Shown: positions 12,340 to 25,370 of the stretch, piece after piece
How the letters are laid out: each line of letters begins with the position of its first letter
Numbering within the stretch: the first letter of the stretch is position 1
Assembly: GCA_043228905.1 (NCBI GenBank)
Contig: JBHGNT010000004.1
Coordinates: 14,508,001 to 14,572,000, forward strand
Length of the DNA: 64,000 nt
Source: Azolla caroliniana
Taxonomy: Eukaryota > Plantae > Polypodiophyta
Reading direction: 5' to 3'
The notes under the pieces: model-generated
Seen by the model: only the letters and a program-made list of their open reading frames with translations
Database searches by the model: none
Told to the model about the DNA's origin: nothing
Made by a program: the position numbers and the translations under genes

Positions 12340-13808
12340 AGTGTTAGGTGTTGTTGGGGTGGGGGGTGAAGCCACACTTGGCTTCAACCCCCTCCCAAGG
12401 GGGTTATGATAGTGAGAGAGCTCGAGAGAAAGACAAATAAGAAATGACACAAATGTGAGAGGGGAAAAAAGGTTATCTCATTACATACCCCATAGGGGGT
12501 TTATATAATACATCCAATGTAACGGTTACATAACCGTTATAAATAAGATCGTTACACATTCTTGTACACATGCACATAATTGTGCATGTGTCCATACACA
12601 TACTCATCCTCACACACTCATTTACTTTACACATACACATCAACCACATCATTACACATACCCTTATGCCTCCCCGTATATTCTTACGGGTAACACATGG
12701 CACACCTGTGGGATAGTGCATTGCACGGTGAACCCACTCGCCATGGCAAGTCTTCTTGACTGGAACTCCATCGGTCGTCTCAACGGTCGGAAATCCCTCG
12801 ACTAGATCACTGCTCTACAGTCGATAACTTCGATCGGAGCTTTGCTTGACTCAAACCTTCTTGTTCGGTCAGCACAATGCATGATTGGATCATACACCAA
12901 TCGGCTAGTTCACTACGACAATGTGTTTATGTAATTTCACGATTTGTACCCCTTAATTTCTAAAATTCTAATTTTTACCCTCATGTTTTTAAAAAAAAAA
13001 ATTCAGCCCTTGCATTTTCGAAATTTTCTCTTTTTCACTCGAGCTTCGGGAATTAGATAGTATGCCCTCGAATTATTGAAAATTTCCTCTCTGGTGAAAT
13101 TTTGTGGAATGCCCTTCTATTTCTTCAAATTTTCTTCTCTGCTCCTCTTCTTCTTCTTCTTTTCTTTTTCTCTCTCTGTGTGTATCTTCTTATTCTTTTG
13201 ATTTCTTCTTCGTCTATTTTTCTCATCTCCCTCCTTTCTTCTTTTTCCTCACATTCTTTATTAAACCCTTCTGAGTTTCCTTTATTGAACCTGTTTTGGT
13301 TTTATGTGTCAAAGGGCTTGCATTAAGGTGTACTATGGCTTCTTTCTTAGCTTTTCTGTAGAGCGTTTCGAGCTTCTATCTTCGTCTTTCTTCAGATGCT
13401 TCTTTTTCCTCTTCCTTGCTTCTACATCTTACGCTTTTCCTTCTCTGCGCATGTCTTCTCTTTCTTGCGTATGTCATCTCTTTCTTCTCTGAATTGGTCT
13501 TCTCCTGGCGACCTTCTCTGCATCTGTCATTCTGTCCAGCCATCGTTTCCACTTGCCATCCGGCCACCGTCTAGCCGTCTATCGGTGGTCTAGCCAGTTG
13601 TCTGGCGACCGGCTTTGTCCATAACCATCTCCATTGGCCGGTTGGCTCCATCTGCTGTCCGCCGGATGTCTCTATTTGGCCGGCCTGTTGGCCGTGTCTT
13701 TCCAGCCCTCAGTCGGACGTCAGTCATCCCTCGTCTAGTTCGGCCGCACCTACGCATCAGCCGACTCTATTCGGGGTTGTCTTTCGGCCTCAATTTCTCG
13801 GTCGTTTG
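12340..13808 (-). mobile_element. Gypsy-type 3' LTR remnant (its start at 12695 on the minus strand) plus upstream non-coding region with a tRNA-like motif
   Basis: LTR terminus gtaaca at 12695; minus-strand TATA (tattatataaacccc); shares the cccctcccaaggggg block with the 28924 LTR; 12740-12860 is homologous to 33790-33880; outer boundaries approximate. Confidence 0.65.
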
Positions 13809-14515
13809 TGTGAAAAGAATAGCATGCGGAAGCAATAGAAAACCAAACACAGAAACACAGGTTTAATGGAGAGCTTGAATATACACAGTACGCGGGAGAG
13901 ACAGACAGAGAGAGAATACGCACAAACCTCAATTCAAAATAATACTCAATCTGTACATAGGATGTGCTCAGTGAGCACTTTTATACAAGTCCATATGGAC
14001 TGACAGAAGTACTGACACGTACTTCAATGCTCATAAGTGAGCTCTACACTAACTCCCAAAATATATTCCTACGCGGAATATCTTCCCAAGGCCTTGTGGT
14101 TTACGCACCGCTATGGCTTCTCGTTGCGCACCGGTCTGTGCAACGGTTTACACACCCGGTTTACGCACCGGTCCAGCCTAACCAATCGTTCCCAACTGAT
14201 CCGGTTCTCGGCTTGCACAGCCGATCCGGCCAATGTTGAGCTTGTATCTCAACACTCCCCCTCAAGCTCAACTTGAGGTTCCATCTGCCCGTCCGGATCT
14301 ACACTCCGATTCCTTCTGGCTTCACGCCTTGCTCGTGCTCCTCGACCTGTTTGATTCCGCATGCCTTGACCCTTTCGGTCGACTTGCGTGCTTGTGCGGC
14401 CCTTCTCAGCTCCGTTGTTGTCGCGGTTATGGCGCTTCTTCTACTGCCTTCTCTTCCGCTTGGCCCTTAGTAGATTCGGCGTATCCAAATCAACCATCTG
14501 AAACGACTCGGTTTC

Positions 14516-17500
14516 TGTTGCCTCTTAGGAACACGGTCCGTGGTTAGTCCTTCGACCTAGACCCCAAGGTGGGTGTGGAACAATGAACAGGGCTTAAGCG
14601 TACTGCATAAGGAGAGAATCTCTGTAATCCTTCGCGTATAAGGAAAGACGGCTACAACCGAATCCTTATCACAGGTTACACTTACGTACTACTACGCTTA
14701 CGTATCCGAGACACAGACACTGAATTAGCCGCAGCTATACAAAGAAACTCAGAGAAGATAGCATTCTATTATCAGGAGTTCTTTTACATTTCCCAAAATT
14801 TACACGCACCTCCATAAGAGGTTTTCTGCCCTTTATATATGCAGGGTCTAATTAGCCGTTCACGCTTCCCACGTGAACCGTTACATACGTTATGCTTATA
14901 TAGTTTCTTATTCCTACGCTTTTGGCCGTCGGTTACTATTCCGACGGATAACACCTGGCACACCTGTGGGACAGTGCCTTTGCACGTCGGACCCATCCCG
15001 TTAATCTTCTTCCAAAATGGCCCGGATGTTCGGCTCTGTTGTGGTGTCCTCGTTCGGAGTTGATGTAGGGCCCGTAGGTGCATCGTGGTGCGGCTCCTCT
15101 GCTTGGTCGGCCTGGTTTCTCCCGGAGTCACCTTCGCCGTGTGCGGGTGGTCCGGGTAAGGTGGGCCCTTCTTGAGTTAGTGGGCTGGGCTCCGCCGTTG
15201 GCGTGCTTGCAGTCGGCTGCAGCTCAGCCTCTATTGTTACGTCCTCCGCGGTGTTGGCCGTTTTTGTGTGTCCCTGGGCGTGGGGCGGGGATTCCGCCTG
15301 GTCCGCACTATTTTCCGCGTTTTCTGAAGATGGTGTGGGCTGGTGCGGCTGGACCTCTTGTTGGTTAATGGTTTCGTTGTCTGGTCCTGTGGGGAACTCC
15401 GCTCGTTCGTCCCCGCTCTTCTCCTCTGTTGTCATCCTTGGTGATCGGGCCTGAGGTTCCTCTTCTTCGGCTGTGACCGGAATTGGTGTCCCGTTGGGTT
15501 CCTCGTTTGTGTGCGTGTTTCTGGTTTGTGTGATCTGGTGAAATAGCTCCTCCTGACTCTCACCAAAATCATCTAGGAGTTGTGCGAGTTCTTCGGAGTG
15601 TTGGTCTGCTAACGCGCGATAGTCTTGCGCTAGGTCCTCCCGTACGATCGCAATGCTCTCCTCGTTTAGCTTATAAAACCAGCGGCCGTCTTTCCGCCGG
15701 TTCTCCTAGTCCGCACGATACGCGTGCAATTCCGTTGCTTGGGTTTCCCACGCCATCCATCCTTTGTCCAGCACCGTTTTCAATTGCCCGGTGAAATTTT
15801 CCCGGTTGGTTTGGAGAAGGATGTGCATGTTATCCGTGATGGCCTAGCAGCAGTTGCGTGCGTCTTCCATCGATTTCTAGAGATTCGCGATTTCCTACTG
15901 TTTAACGGCTGCCGCTTCCTCATACGTGGCCTTCAGGCCCGCCCACAGTTGGGATTCCTTTGCATGTTGTTCTTCTAATTTCCCCATTTCATTGTTTAGG
16001 CGGATTTCGAGTTGATGCCTTCTGTCTTGTTCGACCACCAACTGCTCATCGAACCATACCTTCTTTTTTTCTAATAAGGCCCGAAGTCCCTCTATTGCCG
16101 CCTCTGATTTCTTCACGTCCTCTCGTAATTGGGCGTTGTCGTCTTTTGTCCGGATGTGTTGGGCTACCTCCGTAGCTAGTTTCTCTTCAAGAGTTTTTAC
16201 GGCCTTTCGTCCATTAGCCCGTATCTCCTTTTCTCTGTCGGAGGATTGGCGTAGTTCTGCTCGAAGACGGTCAATTTCAGATTCCACTAACTGCACGGCC
16301 CTTTTTCCTTTTGAGGCGATGGCAGTCTGAGCCTCGATTTCTTCTTTGAGAGCATTGATAACGTGGTTCGGTGGCGGGGTTTCGTGTTGCGTCGTAGTCG
16401 CGTGAGCTTCCAACTCCGTGATGCGTGTGTTGGCCTTTTGTAGTTCGGCTTCAGTCAGTTTAACCTTCTTCCAGACATTCTTATTTTTTATGGTCATCTC
16501 CATGGCGCACGTGCTGACCTTTGTCAGTTCCCGATGGACTTCGACTAGGGCCGTGTTTAAGGGTGGTATCTCCATCACTACTCGCTGTACCCCGACGTTC
16601 CTCTGCATGCCGACCCTGGCTAGCCGGTCCTCATCGTCGCTCTCTGTTGTTTGTGTTAGGGCGCGCTCTATCATCTGACGTTCCGCATGCTCCTCGGCCA
16701 TTCATTGGGCGGCTTTGTGTTGCCAGGAACTCCATGAGCTCGAAAGAGGTACCGAACTGCAGGAGGGCGCTGAATTCGTGGGCCGTATTCAAAATATCCG
16801 GATATGCCAAAACCTCGCTTTTCACCGTCAATACGGCTTTCCCTCGTTGGGACTGAGTCGTAATAATCGGTCGCGGCTCTCGGATGATTTCGAAGGTGGT
16901 ATTCGGCTCTACTGTTGCGGAGCCTTCGCCTTCGGTCGTTGCCTCCGGAGCCGTGGGGGCGTTTTTTACCAACCCCCGCCCATCTTTCCTGTCCAATCTG
17001 CGCCGTTTTGGTCTAGGGCTTTCCCGCCGTGCTTCGGTGTCTGGTTCTGGGGCATCTCTACGGTTCCTCCTGGTCGCCCGTGTGTCCGGCTGGTTGGTAG
17101 GAGGTGTTGTCCTTGGGCCTGGTTGGGCCGGTTGGGGTTCCTCCTCCCACTCTGGGCCCGCTAACTCCGCTAACCTACGTTTCGCGGAGCGGGGCGGGGC
17201 CGTGGGTTGGCTGGGCTGCGGTGCTGGCAGGCCTCGGGGTGGAAACAGTACCGTAAGGTATTGTTGGATGATTGGCCTGAGCTTTTTGCCTGCTTGGTAC
17301 GCATGCAAGCCTTCCCTTAACGTCGGCCCTGTGATGACCCCCCAATCGACTGTACGCCCTTCAAAGGTGTCGATAATGATGCCCACCTTCTGCTTAGGCA
17401 TCCCGTATGCGTTGACATGGACGCAGCCGATTTCCAGTAGGAACTTGGCAACTTCACGGAAGAAGGGATCCGGAATCTATTTTGTTCTATAGGCCTTGGT

Positions 17501-19288
17501 GGAGGATGAATATGGGCCAAAATACCGATGCAGCGCCTCTGCAGGAGGTATTTCGAAATGTCTTTCTCCTAGTGAGGATAAGTCTAACTTCTTCTGAATG
17601 GAAGAGTTGGTGACCGTGTCGATGTTAAGCCGCCTGGCGATGTCCATGGCGTTCGGGTGTGGAGGTGCTTCTGTGACCCGAATGTAACCATCCAGGTGCT
17701 TCTCCAGGAGCCATCGGCGTAGGGCAGTAGAGATGAAGATCGGCATCGCCAGAGTAGGTTCGTGGAGAGGAGTCGGGTAGTAGTGGTGAGTTGGAGCTCT
17801 GAGATAGGATGGGGAAGAAGGTGAGGAGGAGCGATGGGAGCGTTGATAGCTAGACGATGGGTTTCTGCTTTGTGCAGAAAATCCTCTGTTTCCTTCTTTT
17901 TGTGGCTTAGGGTTCATTGGGCGGTGAGCCATCGTGGTGTCGCGTGTTCTTGAACTAGGAGTTTGCTCTTTTTTTTTCTTTTTTTTTCGTAACGGTTATT
18001 TACAACCTATTTTTACATTATAGTACAAATAGGATTGTCCATTTTACGCTGCAGGTTCTCTGGCTTTGTCCCGTTCGGCGGTGAATGGGTTAGGTGGCGT
18101 AGGGCCTAGGTAAGGTTTGAGCCGAAACCCATTCACTTTTTGCCGTACTATTTCTCCGGCCAGTGTTCCTAGTTGGAACGTGCCCTGTTCCACTCCAATT
18201 ATCCAATATGGGCCGGTCCAGCGAAAACATAGCTTCCCCGGCATCTGGCCCATGCGTGTTTGAAAAACTAGCACTGCTCGGCCCACGGCGAACTCTTTTT
18301 CCCTTGCGCTCCGATGTCGATCGACAAACGCTTTACGTCGTCGCTGTTCCTCTTCCAACATAGCCATGTTGTGGACGCATTTTTCCCCTAGTTTGAGGAG
18401 TTGGTAGAGTTGTTCCTCCTCCGACTTGGCTTTTGATAATCGGTTCCGTACCTGAATGCGCAAACTAGGTACCCGAAATTCGACTAGCATCACAGCCTCT
18501 AATCCAAACGCTAGCCGGAACGGTGTTGACTGTATGCTTGTTTTGTAACTAGTTCTGTACGCCCATAACGCACTTTGGAGTTTGGTATCCCAGTCCGTTC
18601 TATTTTCATTGACGGTTTTCTTCAAAATGGTCTGTAAAGTTTTGTTCGTGGATTCCGCTAATCCATTCGCCTGCCTGTAGTATGGTGTGCTCTTCTTGTG
18701 GACTACTGCGTAATGCTGTGTTAGTTCCCGAACCACCGTATTGAGGATGTTGCTCCCCTGGTCACTGATAAGCTCAATCGGGCAGCCGAACCGGCACCAG
18801 ATGTGCTCGTACAAAAATTTGGCTGTGACGGCCGCCGTATTTTCCCAGATGTGCTCTTAGGAACACGGTCCGTGGTCAGTCCTTCGACCTAGACCCCAAG
18901 GTGGGTGTGGAACAACGAACAGGGCTTAAGCGTACTGCGTAAGGAGAGAATCTCTGTAATCCTTCGCGTATAAGGAAAGACGGCTACAACCGAATCCTTA
19001 TCACAAGTTACACTTAGTACGTACTACTACGCTTATGTATCCGAGACATAAACACTGAATTAGCCGCAGCTATACACATAAACTCAGAGAAGATAGCATT
19101 CTATTATCAGGCGTTCATTTACATTTCCCAAAATTTACACGCACCTCCATAAGAGGTTTTCTGCCCTTTATATATGCAGGGTCTAATTAGCCATTCACGC
19201 TTCCCGCGTGAACCGTTACATACGTTATGCTTATATAGTTTCTTATTCCTACGCTTTTGGCCGTCGGTTACTATTCCGGCAGACAACA
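14516..19288 (-). mobile_element. Internally deleted non-chromovirus Gypsy (Tat/Athila-like): LTR - partial integrase - large extra ORF - tRNA-like motif - LTR
   Basis: Direct repeats 14516-14953 and ~18850-19288; 5-bp TSD GTTTC (14511-14515, 19289-19293); minus-strand TATA gcatatataaaggg; integrase ORF 18044-18814 (LISDQG, QANGLAESTNK, RWTGPY); no gag or RT. The lineage label is inference. Confidence 0.9.
15001..17746 (-). pseudogene. Extra ORF downstream of integrase (N-terminal globular domain, Pro/Glu linker, long coiled coil), disrupted
   Basis: ORF pieces 17477-17746, 16631-17401, 15895-16701 and 15001-15435; the N-terminus aligns by eye with ORF 30906 (APPH; YFGxYSxSxKAYRT; EGxxVxWxxITxxxL). 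Confidence 0.75.
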
Positions 19289-19510
19289 GTTTCCTCCAAT
19301 CGGTTTTCCTTTCGCCCGAGTTGGCTACAACCGAATCCTTTCGCCCGAGTTGGCTACAACTGAGTCTTGCAGTAGTCGCCGAAGCCAAATGGCTTCACAG
19401 GTGGCAACGGTAAAGCCCCGGTATTCAGCCTCAGTGCTCGAAAGGACCACTGTTGGCTGCTTTTTGCTGCTCCATGCAACAACCGCGCTACCAAGGGAAA
19501 ACATATAGCC

Positions 19511-19670
19511 TGTTATGTACACATAACGTTGGTGAGGGTAGGTCACTAATATTTACATTAGTGAAGGGTATGTTCACAATCATTAGTCCCCTTTTTAATA
19601 ATAGTGAACATACCCTTCACTAATGTAAATATTAGTGACCTACCCTCACCAACGTTATGTGTACATAACA
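19511..19670. repeat. Perfect inverted repeat (~67-bp arms) made from the LTR start
   Basis: 19511-19577 is followed by the reverse complement of the first ~93 nt of the LTR. Confidence 0.92.
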
Positions 19671-20732
19671 GGTTATGTGTACATTAGACAGTACACGCAA
19701 TTTTTTGCAAGACATGAACCAAATGTTGCATATTGCCAAAGAAAATGTCAAGACAGCTCAAGATCGTGCTCGATTTTATGCTGATCAGGATAGACGTCCT
19801 TGTGCATTTACTATTGGTCAAAAAGTTTTTTTGCGTGTCCCGACTGATTCTACGTCATTATCTACGGGCAAGTGCGCTAAGTTAGCCCCACGATATTGTG
19901 GCCCATTTGAAATCCTTAAGCGAGTTGGGTCATCTGCTTATCACCTTGCCTTACCTCGTAACGTTGGTATTCATCCTGTTTTTCACGTCAGTCGTCTAAA
20001 ACCATTTTTAGGCTCTGGTGATAACACCATCACAATCCAAGATCTTGTAACATTAGAGAATTTTTCTTACAAACCTCATGTTCCTGAACGAATTCTTGAT
20101 TCTCATACTAAACGTTTACGTTCTAAAGAGATTCGGCTATTCAAGATCAAATGGATGGATAAACCTATTGATGATGCCACATGGGAACGCGAGCATTCGC
20201 TTAAGGCACAATTTCCTCACTTTATATTGCAAGAGTGCAATCTTTTGAAGTAGGGGAGTATGTTATGTACACATAACGTTGGTGAGGGTAGGTCACTAAT
20301 ATTTACATTAGTGAAGGGTATGTTCACTATTATTAAAAAGGGGACTAATGATTGGATAGAATGAATGATATGTGCATGCACTATCATGATTTAGACAACC
20401 AATGAATAGAGAGCCTTTTAGAAAGGCACATCTATTCAAGGGGCCTAGGAAAAGGTATAAATATGAGGCTTAGCTACCCTCATAGATCATCACGTCGGAA
20501 GGCTGCTGTCGTAGACACCGGTGGTGCGGGCTAGGCTTTCGTCTCGACGATCGTGTTTATCTCTTCCAAGGTATTAGTCATCCTAATATCCGGCGCTATG
20601 GGACGTCGGTGGCAGGTTGGCTATGTCTAGATCATAGCTCGGGGGTGGTTGGGTGGAACGGGTTCTTCTATCCAATCTATTTTCTTCCTTTTTACTTGAT
20701 TTGGTCTATTGATTAGTAATAGACTCTTAACA
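19511..20732 (+). mobile_element. Deleted chromovirus Gypsy: folded-back 5' LTR stub, integrase C-terminus + chromodomain, PPT, 3' LTR 20261-20732
   Basis: TSD TAGCC (19506-19510, 20733-20737); KLAPRYCGPFEIL, IHPVFHVSRLK, chromodomain PERILDS...KIKWMDKPIDDATWE; PPT gtaggggagta. Confidence 0.92.
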
Positions 20733-23700
20733 TAGCCGGAGGTGGATCGGCGATCCGATGCATCGTCGGCCCAGTCGGCATCGGTGTAGCTGAGTAGCTC
20801 TTCGGTTATACCATGCCGGTATAACAATCCCCGTTCCTTCGTGCCGCTCACATATCGCAAAATTCGATGCGCGCACAGAAGGTGCTCCACGGTCAGCTGC
20901 TGCATATATTGGTTGATCACACCGACCGGATAACTGATGTCGGGTCAGGTGATTGTCAAATATATAAGGCTTCCGATGATTTGTCGGAACCGCTTCTCAT
21001 CACAGGCCGGTCCGGAGTCGGGACGGAGCTTCTGGTTCCAGTCCAGGGGTGTGGAGATCGGTCGACATTCCGTCATGCCAAACTTGTACAGCATATTCGA
21101 CACATAGTGTCTTTGTGAGAGCAATATGCCGTCGGGGGTTCAGATCACCTCAATCCAAAGGAAATAGTGAAGGTCCCCCAGGTCCTTCATCTCAAATGCG
21201 TCTGACAGTTGGGACTTGACTCGACTGATTTCATCGAGTCTAGGTCCGGTGATGACTAGGTCATCAACATACAGCAAGATGCAAATTGGACCATTCGGAC
21301 CTTGCTAGATAAACAACGAAGAGTCGGAGTTGGAGACCACAAACCCCATCTTACACAACTGGTGCGTGATCTTCGCATTCCAAGCTCGGGGGGCTTGCTT
21401 CAGGTCATAAAGTGATTTCTTTAGCCGACATACTGTTGACTTGTTCATCTCTAATTGGAAACCGGGGGGTTGGGTGATAAAGACCTCTTCTTCAAGATCA
21501 CCTTGAAGAAATGCATTCTTCACGTCCATCTGGTGAAGATGCTACCCCCTTGCCGCAGCAACCGCCAGCACCACACGAACCGTCGTCATCTTCGCTACCG
21601 GAGCGAAGGTCTCATCGTAGTCGATTCCATGGGTCGACGAGTATCCCTTCACCACTAACCGGGCCTTGTACCGGTTAATCGAACCGTCGGCATTGTACTT
21701 TACCTTGCACCCCACTTACATCCGATCGGTTTACAATGTCGGGGAGGGTCAACTAGGTCCCATGTGTTGTTGGCAACGAGTGCCTACATTTCTTCCTTCA
21801 TAGCGGCACGCCAATTTGCGTCCTTTGCCGCTTCCACGTAGCTCTCCGGCTCACGCACTTCCGCCACCTTGGTCATGTACGCATAGTGATGCATCATGTA
21901 CTCATTGTACTCGTACCGCTTCACGAGGTTCTTCTAGCGGGAAGACCGACATAATCTACCGTTACCCGGTTTGAGGCTTCTTGGCCAGTTTGGACTTCGT
22001 TCCCAAAGATCCGCCTTCTTCCATACCGGAGTCGGATTCGCTCCGATCCGACTCAACGTTGTTGGTTTCGTATTCCGGCAGCTTCTTCTTCCCCTTCTCT
22101 TTGCGCGTGAACCGTCTCCTCGATTCCTTGCACGGGGAGAGCATGGTAGAGTCTTCACTACTCATTGGTTCCTCATCGGACTAGTCGGATTGACCCAGTC
22201 TCTCGTTCGGCCCACTCAACCGAAACGATTCCGGACTCTCTTCTTGAGTCCCGGCTTCATCATCTTCTACCTGGGCCGGTTCAGGCTCACTAGCCTCATC
22301 CTCCGGCATCGGGTCGGGGTCGGAAGTCGGAGTTGGTAAGGAATACCATGATGTTGTTTCATCGAACTCAACATCGCGGCTAACTCGGACTTGCTTCGTC
22401 TGGGGGTTATAACACTTATACCCCTTTTGCTCATGTGAGTAGCCGACGAGGATGCATTTCTCCGACTTTGCATCCAACTTCCTCCGCTTCTCATCTGGCA
22501 CATGCACATATGCAATGCTACCAAATATTCGAAGGTGTCTCAAATTCAGCTTGCGCCCGAAATGCAGCTCATGCGCGGACACCTTGTCACCGATACGGTT
22601 TTGGATGTAGATGGTTGTCTGGACCACCTTAGCCCAGTAGAAATGGGGCATGCTCTTCTCCTCTAGCATTGCCCTTGCCGCATCAACAATCGACCGGTTC
22701 TTCCTTTCGGCTACACCGTTTTGCTTTGGTGTGTATCTGTAGCTGAACTCTCTCCAAATTCCTTTTTGCTGCAGATAACTGTTGAATTGGCCGGAAAAAT
22801 ATTCTTTTTCGCCATCCGACCGCAGGCAGTTGATCTTCCTCTCCGTTTCCCATTCAACCAGTCTTTGTAGGTTTTGGAAACACTCGAAGACTTCGCTCTT
22901 CTACTCAATGAGGTAGATCCATGTGTGTCGGCTGTAGTCGTCGATGAAGGAGACAAAATATCGACTCCCGCCAAGACTCACGTTCTGTGTCGGTCCCCAT
23001 ACATCCGAATGAATAAGGTCGAGCTTGTTATGGCTATAGTTTCGTTCGGTAGGGAATGGAAGCCAGTGTTGCTTCATTGACAGAGCCATCAGTGTTGTAC
23101 TTGACCTTATACACCCATCTGCATCTGATCGGCTTCACACCCTTCGGTGCGTCAACCAAGTCCCAAGTCTCATTGTCCGATAACGCGTGCATCTCGTCCT
23201 CCATCGCGGCACACCAATTTGCGTCTTTCGTCGCTTCTGTGTAGCTCTCCGGCTCACGCACTTCCGCCACTCGCATCATGTACGCATAATGGTGTGCCAT
23301 GTACTCATTATACCCGTATCTCTTTACGGGGTTCTTTAGGCGGGTAGATCGGCATAATTCATGATTAGCCGATTTCGCGGCCCTCTCGGCCGACTTCGAC
23401 CTCTTCCGCAAAGGTTCTTTTTCGATTGGCCTGAAGTCAGATTCGCTGCGATCTGACTCAGCAGTGCCAAACTCGTACTCCGACATCTTCTTCTTCCCCT
23501 TCTATCTGCGCATAAATTGTCTCCTCGGCTTCTTGCGTAGGGAATGCATGACCGAGTCTCCACTACTCGTCGGCACTGCGTTTGATTGGTCATGTTGACT
23601 CAGTCGCTTATTCGGCCCACTTAGCCTAAATGAGATCGGACTCTCTTCAGGAGCTCCAATGTCTCCTTCGTCTGGAGGCATTTCAGCGTCGTTGGCCTCT

Positions 23701-25339
23701 TCGTCAGAGATCGGAATGGAGTCATGAGGGGGTTGGAGTCAACGTCAAGTACCACGACGTGGACTCGTGCTCCAATGTCTCCTTCTTCCCGAGGCATTTC
23801 AGCCTCGCTGGCCTCTTCATCAGAGATTGGAATGGAGTTGTGAGGGGGTTGGAGTCAACGTCAAGTACCACGACGTGGACTCATCAAACACAACATCACG
23901 ACTTACGCGAGCTTGTTTGGTTCGGCGGTTATAACACTTATAAAACCCTTATGTTCGTCCGAGTAGCCAACCAAGATACACTTCTCGGCTTTGGTGTCCA
24001 ACTTCCTCTGTTTCCTTCGGTACATGCCCATACGCGATGCTACCGAAAACCCTTAAGTGTGCCAAGTTCGGCTTCTTGCCGAAGTACAACTCATGTGGCG
24101 ACACTCCTTCATTGGCAGAAGTTTGAATCTGCAAGTAAACAGTCGTCCTGACGACTTCAGCTCAATAGAACTTCGGCAGATGCTTCGCTTCAAGCATCGC
24201 CCTTGCCTCCTCTTCAATTGTCTGATTCTTCCGCTCGGCCACGCCGTTCTGCTGCGACATGTATCTACACGAGAATTCACGTCGAATTACCTCCTTCTAT
24301 AGATATCTCGCGAACTGGTCGGAGAAGTACTCCTTCCCGCCATTGGACCATAGGCACTTGATCTTATGCCAAGTTTCCCTTTACGCAAGGCTCTTTACCT
24401 TCAGGAAACACGCGAAGACTTTGCTCTTTTTCGCGATCAAGCACGCCCAAGTGTGCCGAAAGAAGTCATCGATGAAAGTCACGAAATATCGACTTCCACC
24501 GAGACTCACGTTCTGTGTTGGTCCCCATACATTTGAATGGATCACATCGAGCGTGATTCGACTCCGGTTACGCTCATTGGAGAATGGAAGTCGTTGATGC
24601 TTTCCCAACTAGTAGGCTTCGCAGACTTGGCCCTTTTCAGCCACTGAATTTCGGCAAGCTGAAAACGATGCTTTTCGTCTGCATTTCTCGAAGCTTCGGG
24701 AAGTTGACGTGGCCGAACCGCGTGTGCCACAGGTCGATATCTTATTCGACCTTTTGTCCTTTTGCGAACATAGTGGTGCCTACATTGTTGTTCTGGAGGA
24801 TAAACATCCTCCCTTCACGGCGCCCTTGCGCGATTATCTTGCCTTCCTCTTCTATGAAGCACCTGAGATGCGTGAATCGAACTTGCATCCCCTGTTAACG
24901 ATCTGGCCGACCGACACCAGGTTCTTGGTTATTGTCGGGACGTGTAGCACATTCATCAGCTTCCCTTTTTATCCAACGTGACTAAGGGGAACTTCACCGA
25001 CATATTTGATGGTATGTGGAGTGTCGTCTCAAGTTTCGACCACTCCTTGTATTTCTGGTCTCTCCAAGTACGAGAACCATTCCTCATGACTCATCATATG
25101 ATTTGACCCTCCGGAGTCAACATATCACATCTCGTCTGCTCTAGAGGTGTTCACGACCATCGAATTAGCCTTGTGCTTCATTACGAAGGCTGGGCCCGAT
25201 CCATTTCTGGCTTGTTTGGAGCTTTCCACGTAGTGTGAACTTGGACACCTCTCTGCATCTCTTCGGTGTCGCGTTGTTACGCGCGTGAGTGGAGAACAAG
25301 GTGGGACCACTGGGGTCTTGGACCGGGGAATAGGTGAGG

Positions 25340-25370
<31 letters not shown>

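Larger units (their letters stand above)
13809..25266 (-). mobile_element. Rearranged or chimeric Ty1/Copia sequence hosting two nested insertions; 3' LTR 13809-14254
   Basis: Minus-strand protease, integrase, RT ([12 protein letters not shown]) and RNase H ([18 protein letters not shown]) fragments; the integrase-to-RT segment occurs twice (junction ~23075); LTR similar to 40147-40533; no 5' LTR seen. Confidence 0.85.
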
